From contig OZ024761.1 of NCBI GenBank assembly GCA_964016885.1, forward strand, positions 29,326,001 to 29,390,000: a DNA stretch of 64,000 nt. The letters are read 5' to 3'. A program made the translations under genes and the position numbers. Below, piece by piece: positions 1-14,477 of this stretch (its first letter is position 1; each line of letters starts with the position of its first letter). Source of the DNA: Eledone cirrhosa. Lineage: Eukaryota. The notes beneath the pieces were generated by a model. It was not told the origin of the DNA, ran no database searches, and was given only the letters and a program-made list of their open reading frames with translations.

Positions 1-384
1 TCTCTACGCGGACAGCTAACCAAAAGACACTCCACCAGACATGACAACTGCTGCAGGCTAGCCAGCTGCCCCATCAATGACACAGACCTATGCCACCAGG
101 CATACGTCGTATACAGACTAGAGTGTGACAAATGCAACAACTTCTACGTAGGTAGCACCACCAGACCACTCCACATAAGAATAAAAGAACACCTCAATAC
201 TAACGATTCCTCATTTAAGAAACACCTAGTTAAATGCAAAAACACCGACAAAACCATAACAGTTAGGATAGAAACTAAGGAAAGAAACCTCAGCAATCTT
301 AGAATTAAGGAAGCACTAATTATAGACAAAACACAACCACCAATCAATAATAGACTAGAACTCAACACCCAATTTATAACTTGA
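1..384 (+). mobile_element. Penelope-like element ORF C-terminus (GIY-YIG endonuclease), runs off the 5' edge of the window
   Basis: Frame 1 is open from base 1 to TGA at 382-384: ...CRLASCPINDTDLCHQAYVVYRLECDKCNNFYVGSTTRPLHIRIKEH...KKH...LRIKEALIIDKTQPPINNR. This shows the VY..YVG GIY-YIG motif with CxxC/H/H, R..EH and E..P..N typical of PLE endonucleases. Confidence 0.9.
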
Positions 385-765
385 TAGAGCTTCTAGCCCC
401 ATATTTACACACACACCCCACACACACACGCGCACACACACGCTTACACCTCCACTTATTCTCTCTCACACACACACATACACACACACACACAAAGACC
501 AGTTCTAACACAAGATAACATCTATCCCCCACATTTACGTATAGACCTATCTCCTCACACTCACACACACACATACTTACACCTTCATGCATTCTCCCAC
601 ACACTTAAACAGGCATGTACAAAAAAAAAACCTTTTTAAAGGAAGACTACTCTTTATCCACCTAACCTTAACTCTTTGACATTAGAGATAGAACAGATAC
701 TCTATACCATTTCCTGTCAGCATGACTTGGCAAGCTATTTAGAACACTGGTTTAACCGCTTTACT

Positions 766-803
766 TCCCTCCGAAGAAGAGATATTATCTCGAAAATTAA
801 GGA
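766..803 (+). ncRNA. Degenerate minimal hammerhead ribozyme in the Penelope 3' pLTR region
   Basis: cct-CCGAAGA-A-GAGAT att ATCTC-GAAA-atta-agg, followed by AATAAA. It lies about 400 nt downstream of the GIY-YIG stop. Confidence 0.6.
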
Positions 804-916
804 CATTTAAATAAATCTAAGGTAAAAGACTAATTGTCAACAATATCTTTTGCATTTGCATTCTTTATTCTATGTTCATACCTGCATTGTTTTGGCTTTA
901 TTATACATATACAAAC

Positions 917-973
<57 letters not shown>

Positions 974-1442
974 AATATAAAAGGGCAACTTTTGGTCATC
1001 CACAACAGCAACTTGTGCCCTGGAAAAGAACTTTCCAGATGCAACATCTTGGTCAGATATTACCAAAGGAGGACTCCAACCCCTCCCCTACCCTATACCT
1101 TTATGAACAGAAACAAACAGCCTCTTGAGCCTCTCACCCTTCATCCAGCAGAACATCCAAGATGTGACAAATGGAAGGAGAACGAGAGAGAGAAAGGGTT
1201 GCATCAGTACTGGGCTTGTACTTTATTTATCAACCATCGAAAGCATGAAAGGCAAAGGGGACCTCGATGGGATTTGAACCAAGAAAGCATAACCAATTCT
1301 CTGATGACGCTACCATATATATAACACCATATATATATATATATATAACACCATATATATATATATATATAAGTGCATGTAAAAATATACACATATATAT
1401 ATATAAATATATATATATATAAGTGCATGTAAAAATATACAC

Positions 1443-1477
<35 letters not shown>

Positions 1478-2280
1478 ATACCATATATATATATGTATAT
1501 ATATACATATTTATACATATTAAATTAAATATATATATAATACATGTCTGTGCATCTCTCTCTCCCTTTCTCTCTCTCTTTCTATATATATATATACATA
1601 CAAACACACATATATATACAAGCACAGACACATGTGCATATGCACAAATACAAACACATGTACACATGCACAAATACAAATACACACACATACACACACA
1701 TATATACACATATACACCTATACATATTTTTTTCTCCCTTCTCCTTGCTTAAGAGAGAAACAATGAAGACAAAGAGATGATTGCAGAGAAAGCAATGAAC
1801 AAGTAGGAAATAGGATATCTGAAAAATCTTAACATATGCATTCCCCTGAGGTTAATAAATCTCTGCAGTGAATTCCTTCCTAAGTCCCGACATCTTCTAA
1901 TCTCTTTGCTATCTTCTTCATCAATGTTATTTTTTCTTTCTATTAAAGACATTCATCAGTCATGCATTGCATTCAGTAGGTTTTTTTGTTGTTGTTATTT
2001 TGGTTTTTATTCCTTTTCTGTATCAACTTATTAACCATTCTTTTCACTTCACACCATTCTATACTTTTCGTTTCATTTTCGTTTTCGTTTCTTTTCGTTT
2101 TACCCCACTCCCTCTTTTCTATCAACTAGATTCACTCAGATGATAACCTCCTTATTACAGTTTTGCTTTTCCGTCTCATCTCATCTATACATCTATTTTT
2201 TTACATACATACATGCATTCGTACATACATACATACATACATACATACATACATACATACATACATGCATGCATTCGTAC

Positions 2281-2312
<32 letters not shown>

Positions 2313-2401
2313 TTAGATATAGATATATATATATAAAAAGAGATTGACAGATGAATAAATATGAATATATATATGTATATATTATATATATGCACAAACA
2401 C

Positions 2402-2475
<74 letters not shown>

Positions 2476-2763
2476 AGAAAGAAAGAGAAGCAGACTGACA
2501 GATAAGCATATAGACAGATATGTAGTTATATTCAATTCTCTTTTTTCCCTTTCTCCTTTAGAAACCATTTTTTCAACTAAATAATTCTGTTCTGTATGGT
2601 TTTTTTCTTTTTTTCTTTTCTCTATCTTAATTCTAGAATATATAAATACAGACACACACATATATATATATATACACACATATGTATGCATATATATACA
2701 TATATATGTGTATGTGTATATATATACATATATATGTGTATGTGTATATATATTATATGTGTA

Positions 2764-2839
<76 letters not shown>

Positions 2840-3014
2840 CATATATATATACATATAGATGTGTGTGTATATATTCACACATATACATCACCATTTAACA
2901 TGTATATGTTCCATGTCACGTTATAATGCAAGTCAGGTCAGGTGACCAGGTCTTGCTCATACGGAACTGCTCCTGACTGGATTTCTATGTTTAGATGCCC
3001 TTCCTAATGCCAAC

Positions 3015-3103
<89 letters not shown>

Positions 3104-3442
3104 GACACATATGTATACGTGTGTGAATATATATATATATATAAATATATATATGTATGTGTATATATATATATGTGTATATAACGGCGATGAATTAGTT
3201 TTGTGAGGTTTTTTTATATGTATATATATATATGTATATATATATGTATGTGTGTATATATATATATGTGTATATGTATGTATATATATATATATATGTG
3301 TATATAACGGCGATGAATTAGTTTTGTGAGGTTTTTTTATATGTATATATATATATGTATATATATATGTATGTGTGTATATATATATATATATGTGTAT
3401 ATGTATGTATATATATATATATATATATAATATATATATATA

Positions 3443-3474
<32 letters not shown>

Positions 3475-3552
3475 GATGATGATGATGATGATGATATATA
3501 TATATTGTTATAATATTGCCAGAAATAATAATAAATATATATATATTATATA

Positions 3553-3605
<53 letters not shown>

Positions 3606-3939
3606 TGTATATTCATAAATATACATCTATCATGATATATATATATACACACACAAAAAGCAACTTACTGACCCCTCTCTTTCTATACCATTGATCCACC
3701 CACCCATCCTTCCACCCATCCATCCATCCATCCACCCTTCTCTGCACAACTCTCTCTCTCTCTCTCTCCCTCCCTTCTTTCCCTCTATCCCCTACACCCC
3801 TACCTACCTACCTCTCTCTCTCTCTCTTACACTCTATAGTTTACAACAATCAACAATGTCAATGGTTTACATTCTCAACGACATATCTCACTCCAATCTC
3901 TACAAAGCTAAATACACAGCAAACATAAAATACACCTAT

Positions 3940-4770
3940 AGATCATCATCATCATCATCATCATCACCATCATCATCACCATCGTCGTCGTCGTCAGCAG
4001 CACGGCAAAATCGTCATCATCAGCAAAATTGTCATCATCATCATCATCATCATCATCAACACGATTATCGTCATAGTTATCATCATCATCATCATCATCA
4101 CCACCATTAGCGCCATCCTGATTAATGCCACCATCATCATCATCATCATCATCAGCATAATCTTCATTATCATCATCATCATCACCATTATCATCATAGT
4201 TATCATCATCATCATCATCATCATCACCACCACCACCATTACCGCCATCCTGATTAATGCCACCATCATCATCATCAACATAATCTTCATTATCATCATC
4301 ATCATCATCACCACCATTATCGCCATCCTGATTAATGCCACCATCATTATCATCAGCATAATCTTCATTATCATCATAGTTATCATCATCATCATCATCA
4401 TCATCACCACCATTATTGCCATCCTGATTAATGCCACCATCATCATCATCATCATCATCATCATCACCATTGTCATCGTAGTTATCATCATCATCATCAT
4501 CATCACTCTTCATCATCACCACTATCATCATCATCATCATTGTACCAACTGTTGTCATCATCGTCATTGTAATAATCCTCCTCCCACTCTCCTCATTATC
4601 ATCATCAAACTCACTATCATCATCATCTTTATCATCATCATCATCGTTATCATTACTAATATTATCAAACTTCATTCATCCATCATCATTACCATTCACA
4701 TTATCATTGTTTTTACAATTACCATCACTACGATTATCATCACCATAATTATTATTAACATTATTATTAT
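3940..4770. repeat. (CAT)n-rich low-complexity tract with an internal higher-order repeat
   Basis: CATCAT runs with recurring GCCATCCTGATTAATGCCACC blocks. Confidence 0.9.
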
Positions 4771-4780
4771 TAACATTATT

Positions 4781-4960
4781 GGCCGTATCGGTAGAGGGTC
4801 GGACGCCATGCTTTGCAGCATAGAGTTACGGCCCTTGCCATTCTGAGTTCAAATCCCGCCGAGGTTAACTTTGCCTTTCATCCTTACGGGGTCGATAAAA
4901 TAAAGTACCAGTAATGCACTGGAAATTTGCTGGCCTTGTGCCAAAAGTAGAAACAATTAT
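4781..4960 (+). mobile_element. tRNA-derived SINE family A
   Basis: B-box GAGTTCAAATCC, core GCCTTTCATCCTTACGGGGTCGATAAAATAAAGTACCAG and end GTAGAAACAATTATT. Further copies lie near 5483, 8017, 8650(-), 23365, 27460-28050(-), 29178, 39640-39862, 48015, 48953, 49808(-) and 62480(-). Confidence 0.85.
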
Positions 4961-5672
4961 TATTATTAAAATTATTATTATAACCATTATTATTTTTTTT
5001 TATTATTATTATTATTTTTATTTTTACTATTTTTATTATTATTATTTTTATTATTATTATCTTTTTGTTGAAAGATGGGTGAGAGAGGCAAGAATGGCCC
5101 AAGTGACTTGACCTACTCTGAGTATATGCCTGTAAATTGAAGGTGGAAAACTGGGAGAGGGCAATTGCCCTGGTGGTCAGGGTCACCGTGGCTGTTTTTT
5201 AATGGGCTTTCTCCACGATGGCCCTCGGAAGTCTCCCCCCTATTGCGGAATTTTTCATTGTTCTTTTTATTACATCCTCTGTTTTGGGGGGTTTTTTTAC
5301 ACGCAGAAATGCCCATTTGTACCGTCCCGTATTGTTCTGTACTGTCCTTAATGTCTACTTTATGTAAACCCTTGTGGTTAATAAAGAAATCATTATTAAC
5401 ATGATTATTATAACTATTATTATTTTTTTATTATTATTATTTTTATTATTATTATTTTTATTATTACTATTATTATTATTAATCGAGGTTGACTTTGCCT
5501 TTCATCCTTACGGGGTCGATAAAATAAAGTACCAGTAATGCACTGGATAATTGCTGGCCTTGTGCCTAAAGTAGAAACAATTATTATTAATAATGTCCTG
5601 TACTGTCCTTAATGTCTACTTTATGTAAACCCTTCTGGTTAATAAAGAAATTATTAATAATAATATTATTAT

Positions 5673-5704
<32 letters not shown>

Positions 5705-6620
5705 CTATTATCGTCATTAATATTACACTTCAAATACAATGGGCAGCAATAGGAGAACAAGAGAGAAAAAGAAAAAGTAAAAAGCAAGGGGAAAAATGAA
5801 GTAAAAAAGCCGTAAAATTTCATTTAAAGAATAGATTTATTTCTACTTCCTGTTCCCTCCTCCTCTTCCCCCGCCACCCTTCTCCCCTATCCTCTTCCTA
5901 CCACCTCCTCCCTGTCATTCCTCTTCAAATCTAACGAATATTTATTATATATATTGTGTTCATTGTATCGATACTTAATTCTTACAACAATTCACTGTAT
6001 ATCTTGTTGCCTATTTGATATCAATTTTCTATTGATGTGTATATATATGTATATATATATATTGCATTATGGTGATGATGACAATGATGGTGGCGGTGGT
6101 GGTAGTGGTGGTGGTGGTGTTGTGGCAGCACCTGTATTGATATATATATATATATATTGTATTTTATATATATATATATTGTATTCATATATATATATAT
6201 ATATATTGTATTCATATATATATATATATTGTATTTTATATATATATATATTGTATTCATATATATATATATATTGTATTTTATATATATATATAAATAT
6301 ATATATATATTGTATTTTATATATATATATAAATATATATATATATTGTATTTTATATATATATATAAATATATATATATATTGTATTTTATATATATAT
6401 ATAAATATATATATTGTATTCATATATATATATATATTGTATTCATATATATATATATATTGTATTCATATATATATATATATTGTATTCATATATATAT
6501 ATATATTGTATTCATATATATATATATATATTGTATTTTATATATATATATATATATATATTGTATTCATATATATATATATTGTATTTTATATATATAT
6601 TGTATTTTATATATATATTG

Positions 6621-6677
<57 letters not shown>

Positions 6678-6729
6678 ATTTTATATATATATATATTGTA
6701 TTTTATATATATATATATATATTGTATTT

Positions 6730-6807
<78 letters not shown>

Positions 6808-6920
6808 CGTATATATATATATTGTATTATAAACATATATATATATATAAATATTTTGTATTATGTACATATATATATATATATAATGTATTGATATATA
6901 TATATAAATATATATAGTAT

Positions 6921-6966
<46 letters not shown>

Positions 6967-7040
6967 GGATATGTATGATATATGAGTGAATGGGTGAGTG
7001 TGGGTGTGCGTGTATAGAAATCATTATTGTTTACTGGTTA

Positions 7041-7090
<50 letters not shown>

Positions 7091-7313
7091 TCATTATCGA
7101 TATATATATATACATACACACACTTTTACATGCTTTATATATGTAATCCATTATATATTTTACATAGATATGTCACCTCTTATTATTACCCATTTCCACT
7201 TTTGATAGAGTGATCTATGTATTGTACTGTGTGTATATATCATCATCATCGTTTAATGTCCATGTATATATATATATATATATACATATATAAATCATCA
7301 TTTAACATTCTCG

Positions 7314-7344
<31 letters not shown>

Positions 7345-7451
7345 TCATTGAACATTCATGTATGTATATATATATATATATATCATCATTGAACATTCAT
7401 GTATGTATATATATATATATATACATATATAAATCATCATTTAACATTCAC

Positions 7452-7495
<44 letters not shown>

Positions 7496-7952
7496 CATCA
7501 TTGAACATTCATGTATGTATATATATATATATATATATATTTATATGTATATACGTATGTACTCACATACACACACATATATATATATATATATACACAC
7601 ACATATATCATCATTTAACATCCACGTTTGTATTTGTATATACGTATGTATACGTACACACACACAGATATATATGTGTGTGTGTGTGTGTGTATTGTAT
7701 TGTGTATTGTTAATTGTTATGCATGTTTATGCCTATGCCAGGCTGTTCGAACACATGTATGTGTGTGAGTATGTATATGTATGTTTGGAAGCATGTATAT
7801 ATGTGCGTATGCGTGAGTCTGTAACAAAGCAGATCTGTGTGTTTGTGTTTGTATTTGTGTGTGCATGTGCATGTTTGGTAAACTACTAGGGGAGATGAAA
7901 TAACAAGGGACACAATTAACTCCCAAGTAAGTTCACATGACCCAAGGATGTA

Positions 7953-8458
7953 CAGAGTGGTCCGAAAGTCTTTTGACCCCTTGTCACATATTGGTTTAAT
8001 ATGATTAATTATAATTGGCAGTATTGGTAGAGAGTCGGACACCATGTTTTTTAGCATAGAGTTACGGCCTATTATGATCTGAGTTCAAGTCTCGCCGAGG
8101 TTAACTTTGCCTTTCATCCTTACGGGGTCGATAAAATAAAGTACCAGTAATACACTGGGATATTTGCTGGCCCTGTGCCAAAAGTAGAAACAATTAATTA
8201 TAATATATAATAACAATAATATAATTTTCTATTTCAGATGGCTGACACGAGCTCCTACAGTTTGGAAGAGAGGCTGCTTGCAAGTGTATGGACACATGAT
8301 CGTGTGCATTCTGGCAAGAGCATGGAGGATTTGTGACATGGCTTCACTGCAAGATTCGGCAAAACCAGCTCCTCGGAAGAGGACGACACTGCGATGGGAA
8401 CATCAACTGTTTTTCATTACTTTTTGGTAGGGGGTGACAAGACTTTCGGACCACCCTG
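7953..8458 (+). mobile_element. Internally deleted Tc1/mariner-superfamily transposon with a nested SINE
   Basis: TA-CAGAGTGGTCCGAAAGTC ... GACTTTCGGACCACCCTG-TA gives terminal inverted repeats and a TA target duplication. A decayed N-terminal transposase frame (MADTSSYSLEERLL...) starts near 8238. SINE A is inserted at about 8017-8195. Confidence 0.8.
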
Positions 8459-9194
8459 TAGCTGAGATGATGAAAGTAAAAGCCGCTTCAAAGAGTCCTA
8501 ATAATGGTTTCTGATTTAGGCAAAAGACTAATAATTTTGGGGAAAGGGAAAGTCGATTAAATCGACCCTAGTGCATTACTGGTACCCTGTTTTATTGGCC
8601 CACATATCTAGGCCATGAAGCCTGTTGCCCAATGCTCTATTGATAAAAATAATTGTTTCTACTTTCGGCACAAGGCCAGCAATTTGAAGGAGAAGGGTAA
8701 GTCGATTAAATCGACCACAGTGCTTACTGTAATTTATTCTATCCACCACATAAGGATGAAAGGCAAAGCTAAACTCGATGAGATTTGAACTCAGACCATA
8801 AAGGCCCGTAACTCTATGCTACAAAGCATGGTGTCTGATGTTCTACCAATACTGCCAATCCACCACCCTTGCTCTACCGATGATAATGATAATAATTTCT
8901 CAGTAGAGCTGTTCTGTGAGAGAACAGGTCACAGGTGGCGGATAGTGATATGGCCACCTTATATGACTGTTAGTTGCCATCTAAGGGGGTTCCTGCTAGA
9001 TGAATAAGCAACCCTGGACCAAACAGCGATAAACTACTAGGGGAGATAGAGCAATGGGTGATACTGTTAGCGCCCAAGGAAAGTCAGACAATGATGATGA
9101 GAGTAAAGGCCACCTTTGTGTGTGTGCGTGTATATAGTAGGTAGGGTGTTACAAGCAAGTTACATAGAGTGTGTGTGTGTGTAGTGGTGGAGAG

Positions 9195-9640
9195 GGTTTT
9201 ACAAGTATACTTGGTGAGACATGGGCAGCAACTGGGGAAGATATGCGACGGCTGGAGAGAAATGAAGCAAGCATGCTCCGTTGGATGTGCAATGTCAATG
9301 TGCATGAACAACCAAGCATAGACGAGTTGAGAGAGAAATTGTGTATAAGAGGGATAGGTTGTAGTGTGCGAGAGAGAAGACTGTGTTGGTATGGACATGT
9401 GATGCGAATGGAGGATGACCGCTGAGTAAAGAAGTGCTAAGAAATCCCAGTGGAAGGAAGACGCAGTTGAGGTAAACCATAAAAAACATGGGCGGAGGTG
9501 GTGAGAGCAGAAGTCAGATCACTGAAGCTCACGGAGCAGATGACGAAGGACCGTGACGAATGGAGAGGTGCCGTGCTGAATAAGATCTGTCCCACCCTTG
9601 CAAGCTGGGAAAAGTGGACGTAAAATGATGATGATGATTA
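9195..9640 (+). mobile_element. RTE LINE 3' fragment
   Basis: ETWA...RRLERNEASMLRWMC...RRLCWYGHVMRM, ending in GGACGTAAAATGATGATG. Confidence 0.85.
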
Positions 9641-11080
9641 CTTGGCTCTTCCAATACATCTCCCTCACTATCCTCCAAGGAAACATCTTTTCTATTCTGT
9701 CCACCGGGACTGGGACAGCAGGAGTGGCCAGCACATGGGCTCCCATTTACATATAATAGTAAGAGATGGGGACAGAGACAGAGTCAGTGAATGAAAGAGA
9801 GAGAGAACAACACACACACTTGATAAGACATCAATAGATACAACCTGTTGCTTCTTTATCTTAATATACAACAACAACAATGAAAATGCTAACAATGTGT
9901 AGCTTGAATATAATGTTTCTTATAGAAATAGGTTTTGTAAAATATCTATAATCAGTTATGTATCACCTTGTTAAAACATAATTAATGCTATAAACGGGGA
10001 AATAATTAAAGCCATAAATGGATAAATAATAGCAACATTTTCACATTTCCTTAGTTTTTTTTTTGTTGTTCTTTGTTTCTACGGAGTTTTAGGAACTGAA
10101 AAAGTAACACACACACACACACGTACACATATATACATATATACATACATGCAAAGACACACAAATACAAACATACACACACCACATGCACACATACACG
10201 CACAAATGCATACACACAAACACACATGGACACACACACACACGCATACACACAAACACACAAATACATACATACACACACACACGTGCACACCAAAAAT
10301 ATACACACACATACACAAACACACACAAAAATACATACACACACACACACACACAAAGACACAAAACAACAACAAACATACACACAGGCATTGACACTAA
10401 CATACACAAATACATAATTTTGAAAATAATCAAGAATTTGGAGGGCTCTAATTGTTAAGTTGGTGTCAGTAACATAATAACATAACTTAACACAGAAATT
10501 GTTATGGAAAGTTTTTTGATAAATCTAAACATTTTAACCCTTTTGTTACCATATTTCTAATGTCATAATCTGATGATGTAACTAGGCCATAGAAATACGT
10601 ATTGTGTATTTGCGACATTAAAAAAATATTTCGAGTCCAGCTTTCTGTTGTATTTAAATAGATATTTACCTCAGTCTCGGCACCTACCATGAGATACAAC
10701 ATCTATGATGAATGATTTATATAACATCGGGTACTTTAACTTATGGTTTGCTAACCAGAAGGACAAGACCTACCTATTGGTAAACCACACAACATAAATG
10801 AAAGAATGCCAATAGATTACACTTAATTTGGAGGGTTTGCATTGTTAAGACGGTGTCTGGAACATAATTTAAAACAGATTCTTCGATGAAATTGTCATGG
10901 AAGGTTTTTCGATAAATATAAACATTTAAACCTTTTTGTTACTATATTTTTAATAAAAGACATTGCTTATGGTTTTCAATTAACTTTGAAAATACACACA
11001 CACATATTTATATACCCACATGTATATATATATATATACACATATATAATTACACACACATACATATATATATATATATC

Positions 11081-12490
11081 GTTCATCAAGGCTCTGTCCT
11101 TAGCCCCCTCTTATTTATTATTGCCCCTCAGGCTATAATAGAGGAGTTCAAGACCGGCTGCCCGTGGGAACTCCTATACGCAGATGATCTAACACTCATA
11201 GCTGAATCAATGGCTGAACTAGAGAAGAAATTCGAAACATGGAAGCATGGCCTAGAATCAAAAGGCCTTAAAGTTAACTTGTCTAAGACTAAAGTTCTAG
11301 TTTGTAGAAAGGAAAATAGGGCACAGGTGCCCTCAGGGAAATGGCCATGCTCAGTGTGTAGGAAAGGAGTAGGTAGAAATTCCATTTTATGTCCCAAATG
11401 CAAAGTATGGGTACATAAAAGATGTAGTGGGATCACAGGTAAACTATCTAAGAACGTAGACTTTATATGTGGCCAATGCTCAGGTGCAATAAGTAGCAAG
11501 TGTCCAAAGGATACTAGCTCCTTCCATTGCCCAGATGGTTCTATAGAAATAGTAGACACTTTCCGTTACCTGGGTGACAAAATCAGCAGTGGTGGAGGGT
11601 GTTCTGAAAGTACAGTAGCCAGAGTCAGAACGGGATGGAAAAAGTTCAGAGAGCTTATACCGCTGTTGGCCACAAAAGGTTTCTCTCTAAAAATGAAAGG
11701 CAGATTGTATGATGCCTGTATACAAGCAGCAATGCTACATGGCAGTGAGACATGGGCATTACGTTCAGAGGACCTGCGTAGACTGGAAAGGAACGAAGCA
11801 TGCATGCTCCGTTGGATGTGTAATAGTAATATACGTGAACGGCAAAGCATAAAAGAACTAAGTGAGAAATTAGGAATAAGAGGGATCAGATGCTGTTTAC
11901 TTGAGAGAAGACTACATTGGTATGGTCACGTGATGCGCATGAAAGACGACAGCTGCATAAAAAAAGTGCAGGGCGATCAAAATTGATGGTAGTTACGGAG
12001 TAGGTAGACCCAGAAAAACCTGGGATGATCTGATAAATTCCGACCTCACACACATCTCTCTAAGACAATGTCTCTGGACCGAGACCTTTGGCACTACGCA
12101 GTAATACAGAAGACCCGCCTTGCCTATGTACAAAGCGAAACCTACAGTCAGTAGGCACCTCTTAACCAAATATACACCCCAATCTACTACCCCTACCCTA
12201 TCCTCCCACTCCCACCAACAGCACAAGAAAATGAGATCGAATTCGTGTAGGTGTCACAACAAAAACACACACAGTCTACGCTGTAATGTGGCCGTGTAGG
12301 TAACACGGTAAAAAGTTCCCAGTTCCACACTGTAAATGTGGTTGGTGTTAGGAAGGGCATCCAGCCGTAAAAACCTGCCAGATAGTCCTATATGAGTGAG
12401 ACACGGTCACCTGACCAGCCTTGCCTCAAGTGGGCAACTCCCGTCTAACCCATGCTAGCATGGAAAACGGACGTTAAACAAAGATGATGA
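11081..12490 (+). mobile_element. 5'-truncated RTE-clade LINE (RT C-terminus, PHD-like finger, 3' UTR, TGA tail)
   Basis: HQGSVLSP, LLYADDL, FRYLG, LHGSETW and RRLHWYGHV motifs (ORF 11210-11986), with frameshifts at both ends. The 3' UTR ends CCATGCTAGCATGGAAAACGGACGTTAAA..GATGATGAT. Confidence 0.92.
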
Positions 12491-12539
12491 TACACACACA
12501 CATTTATATACGCACATGTATATATATATATATATATAT

Positions 12540-12730
12540 AACAAAGGAATTGTTGTAAGGACCATAACGGACCATAACGCACCAGAGTACTCAATACTTA
12601 GCGTAGTAGAGTGGGAAATAGGAAAAAGTACGACCCCGACGGCAGAGCTCAAGCCGTTTCGATGGCTATTTCTAGTCCAGAAATAGCCGTCGAAACGGCT
12701 TGAGCTCTGCCGTCGGAGTCATACTTTTTC
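12540..12730. mobile_element. Short fold-back element (about 50-bp-arm hairpin), probably derived from a PLE terminal repeat
   Basis: Hairpin at 12622-12730. A near-identical copy lies at 34661-34850. Both start in (TA)n. Confidence 0.65.
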
Positions 12731-13289
12731 ATACATACATATATATATATATATATACACATATACAATTACACACACACACACATTTATATACACACAT
12801 GTATATATATATATATACACATATATAATTACACACACACACATTTATATACACACATGTATATATATATATATATATATAATTACACACACACATGTAT
12901 ATATATATACACACACATACATAATTACACGCTCATACAAGCACATTCCCACACATATGCATACACACACAAATAAAACAATGAAATATTTTTAAATTAA
13001 AAAAATAGATTTTAAAAAATAGGATTGCAACTACTAAAAACGTATTTAAATTTACAGACAATACTAAATAAATAATTTTTTTCTTCTGAAATATAATGAA
13101 AAATAAATTTTAATTAATATTTTGTGCAAAATTGTATTTTGGCAAAACAAGAAATTCATTTTTTTTTTCCTGCTGGAATGATTGTTAAATGGTATTGAGA
13201 AATATTATTTCATATATTAACGTGTGAATATGGCGGCACCATAGAACTGCCATCAAAGTGGATATTTGGTAGTACTAAGGCTACTGTAA

Positions 13290-14362
13290 CTGGTGGTAGT
13301 GGTAGTGGTGGTGGTGGTAGTGGTGGTGGTTGTGGTAGTAGTTGTAATTGTGGTGGTGGTGGTGGTTGTGGTAGTAGTTGTAATTGTGGTGGTGGTGGTT
13401 GTGGTAGTAGTTGTAATTGTGGTGGTGGTGGTTGTGGTAGTAGTTGTAATTGTGGTGGTGGTGGTTGTGGTAGTAGTTGTAATTGTGGTGGTGGTGGTTG
13501 TGGTAGTAGTTGTAATTGTGGTGGTGGTGGTTGTGGTAGTAGTTGTAATTGTGGTGGTGGTGGTTGTGTTAGTAAGTGTGGTGGTTGTGATGGTGGTGGT
13601 TGTATTTGTGGTAGTGGTGGTGGTAGTGTTAGTAAGTGTGGTGTTGGTAATTGTGGTGGTGGTAGTGGTGGTAATTGTGGTGATGGTAGTGTAGTGGTGG
13701 TGGTTGTAATTGTGGTGGTGGTAGTGTTAGTAAGTGTGGTGGTTGTGATGGTGGTGGTTGTATTTGTGGTAGTGGTGGTGGTAGTATTAGTAAGTGTGGT
13801 GGTTGTGATGGTGGTGGTAATTGTAGTGGTGGTAGTGGTGGTAATTGTGGTGATGGTAGTGGTGGTGGTTGTAGTAGTGGTAGTGATGGAGGTGGTTGTA
13901 ATTGTGTTGGTGGTAGTAGTGGGGGTGGTGGTGGTGGTGGTAATTGTGCTGGTTGTAATTGTGGTAGTGGTCATGGTGGTTGTGGTAACAGTTGTAATTG
14001 TGGTGATGGTAGTGTAGTGGTGGTGGTTGTAATTGTGGAAGTGGTAGTGATGGAGGTGGTTGTAATTGTGTTGGTGGTAGTAGTGGGGTGGTGGTGGTGG
14101 TAATTGTGCTGGTTGTAATTGTGGTAGTGGTCATGGTGGTTGTGGTAACAGTTGTAATTGTGGTGGTGGTAGTGGTGGTGGTTGTGGTGGTAGTAGTAGT
14201 AATTTTGGTGGTGGTGGTAGTTTTAATTGTAGTGGTGGTGGCCATGGTAATAGTACCACTGGTGGTGCTGCTGCTGCTGGAGGTAGTGGTAGTTGAAATT
14301 GCAGTGGTTGAAGTAATGGATGTAGTGATGGTAGTAGTAGTAGTAGTAGTAGTAGCAGCAGC

Positions 14363-14413
<51 letters not shown>

Positions 14414-14440
14414 GGTAGCAGTAGTAGTAGTAGTAGCAGC

Positions 14441-14477
<37 letters not shown>

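Noticed and set aside
690-765. SECIS element, as in selenoprotein-encoding Naiad PLEs
   Set aside because: An ATGA is present, but there is no correctly spaced AA loop or paired GA quartet, and no in-frame TGA in the visible ORF.
1749-1952. 67-aa non-repetitive minus-strand ORF
   Set aside because: No recognisable homology or convincing splice signals.
4781-4870. tRNA genes suggested by A/B boxes
   Set aside because: No cloverleaf forms, and each box is followed by the SINE core, so these are SINE heads.
10564-10606. CTGATGA...GAAATACGTA hammerhead-like motif
   Set aside because: Stem II barely pairs and stem I is offset. It may be a decayed copy, but it cannot be supported.
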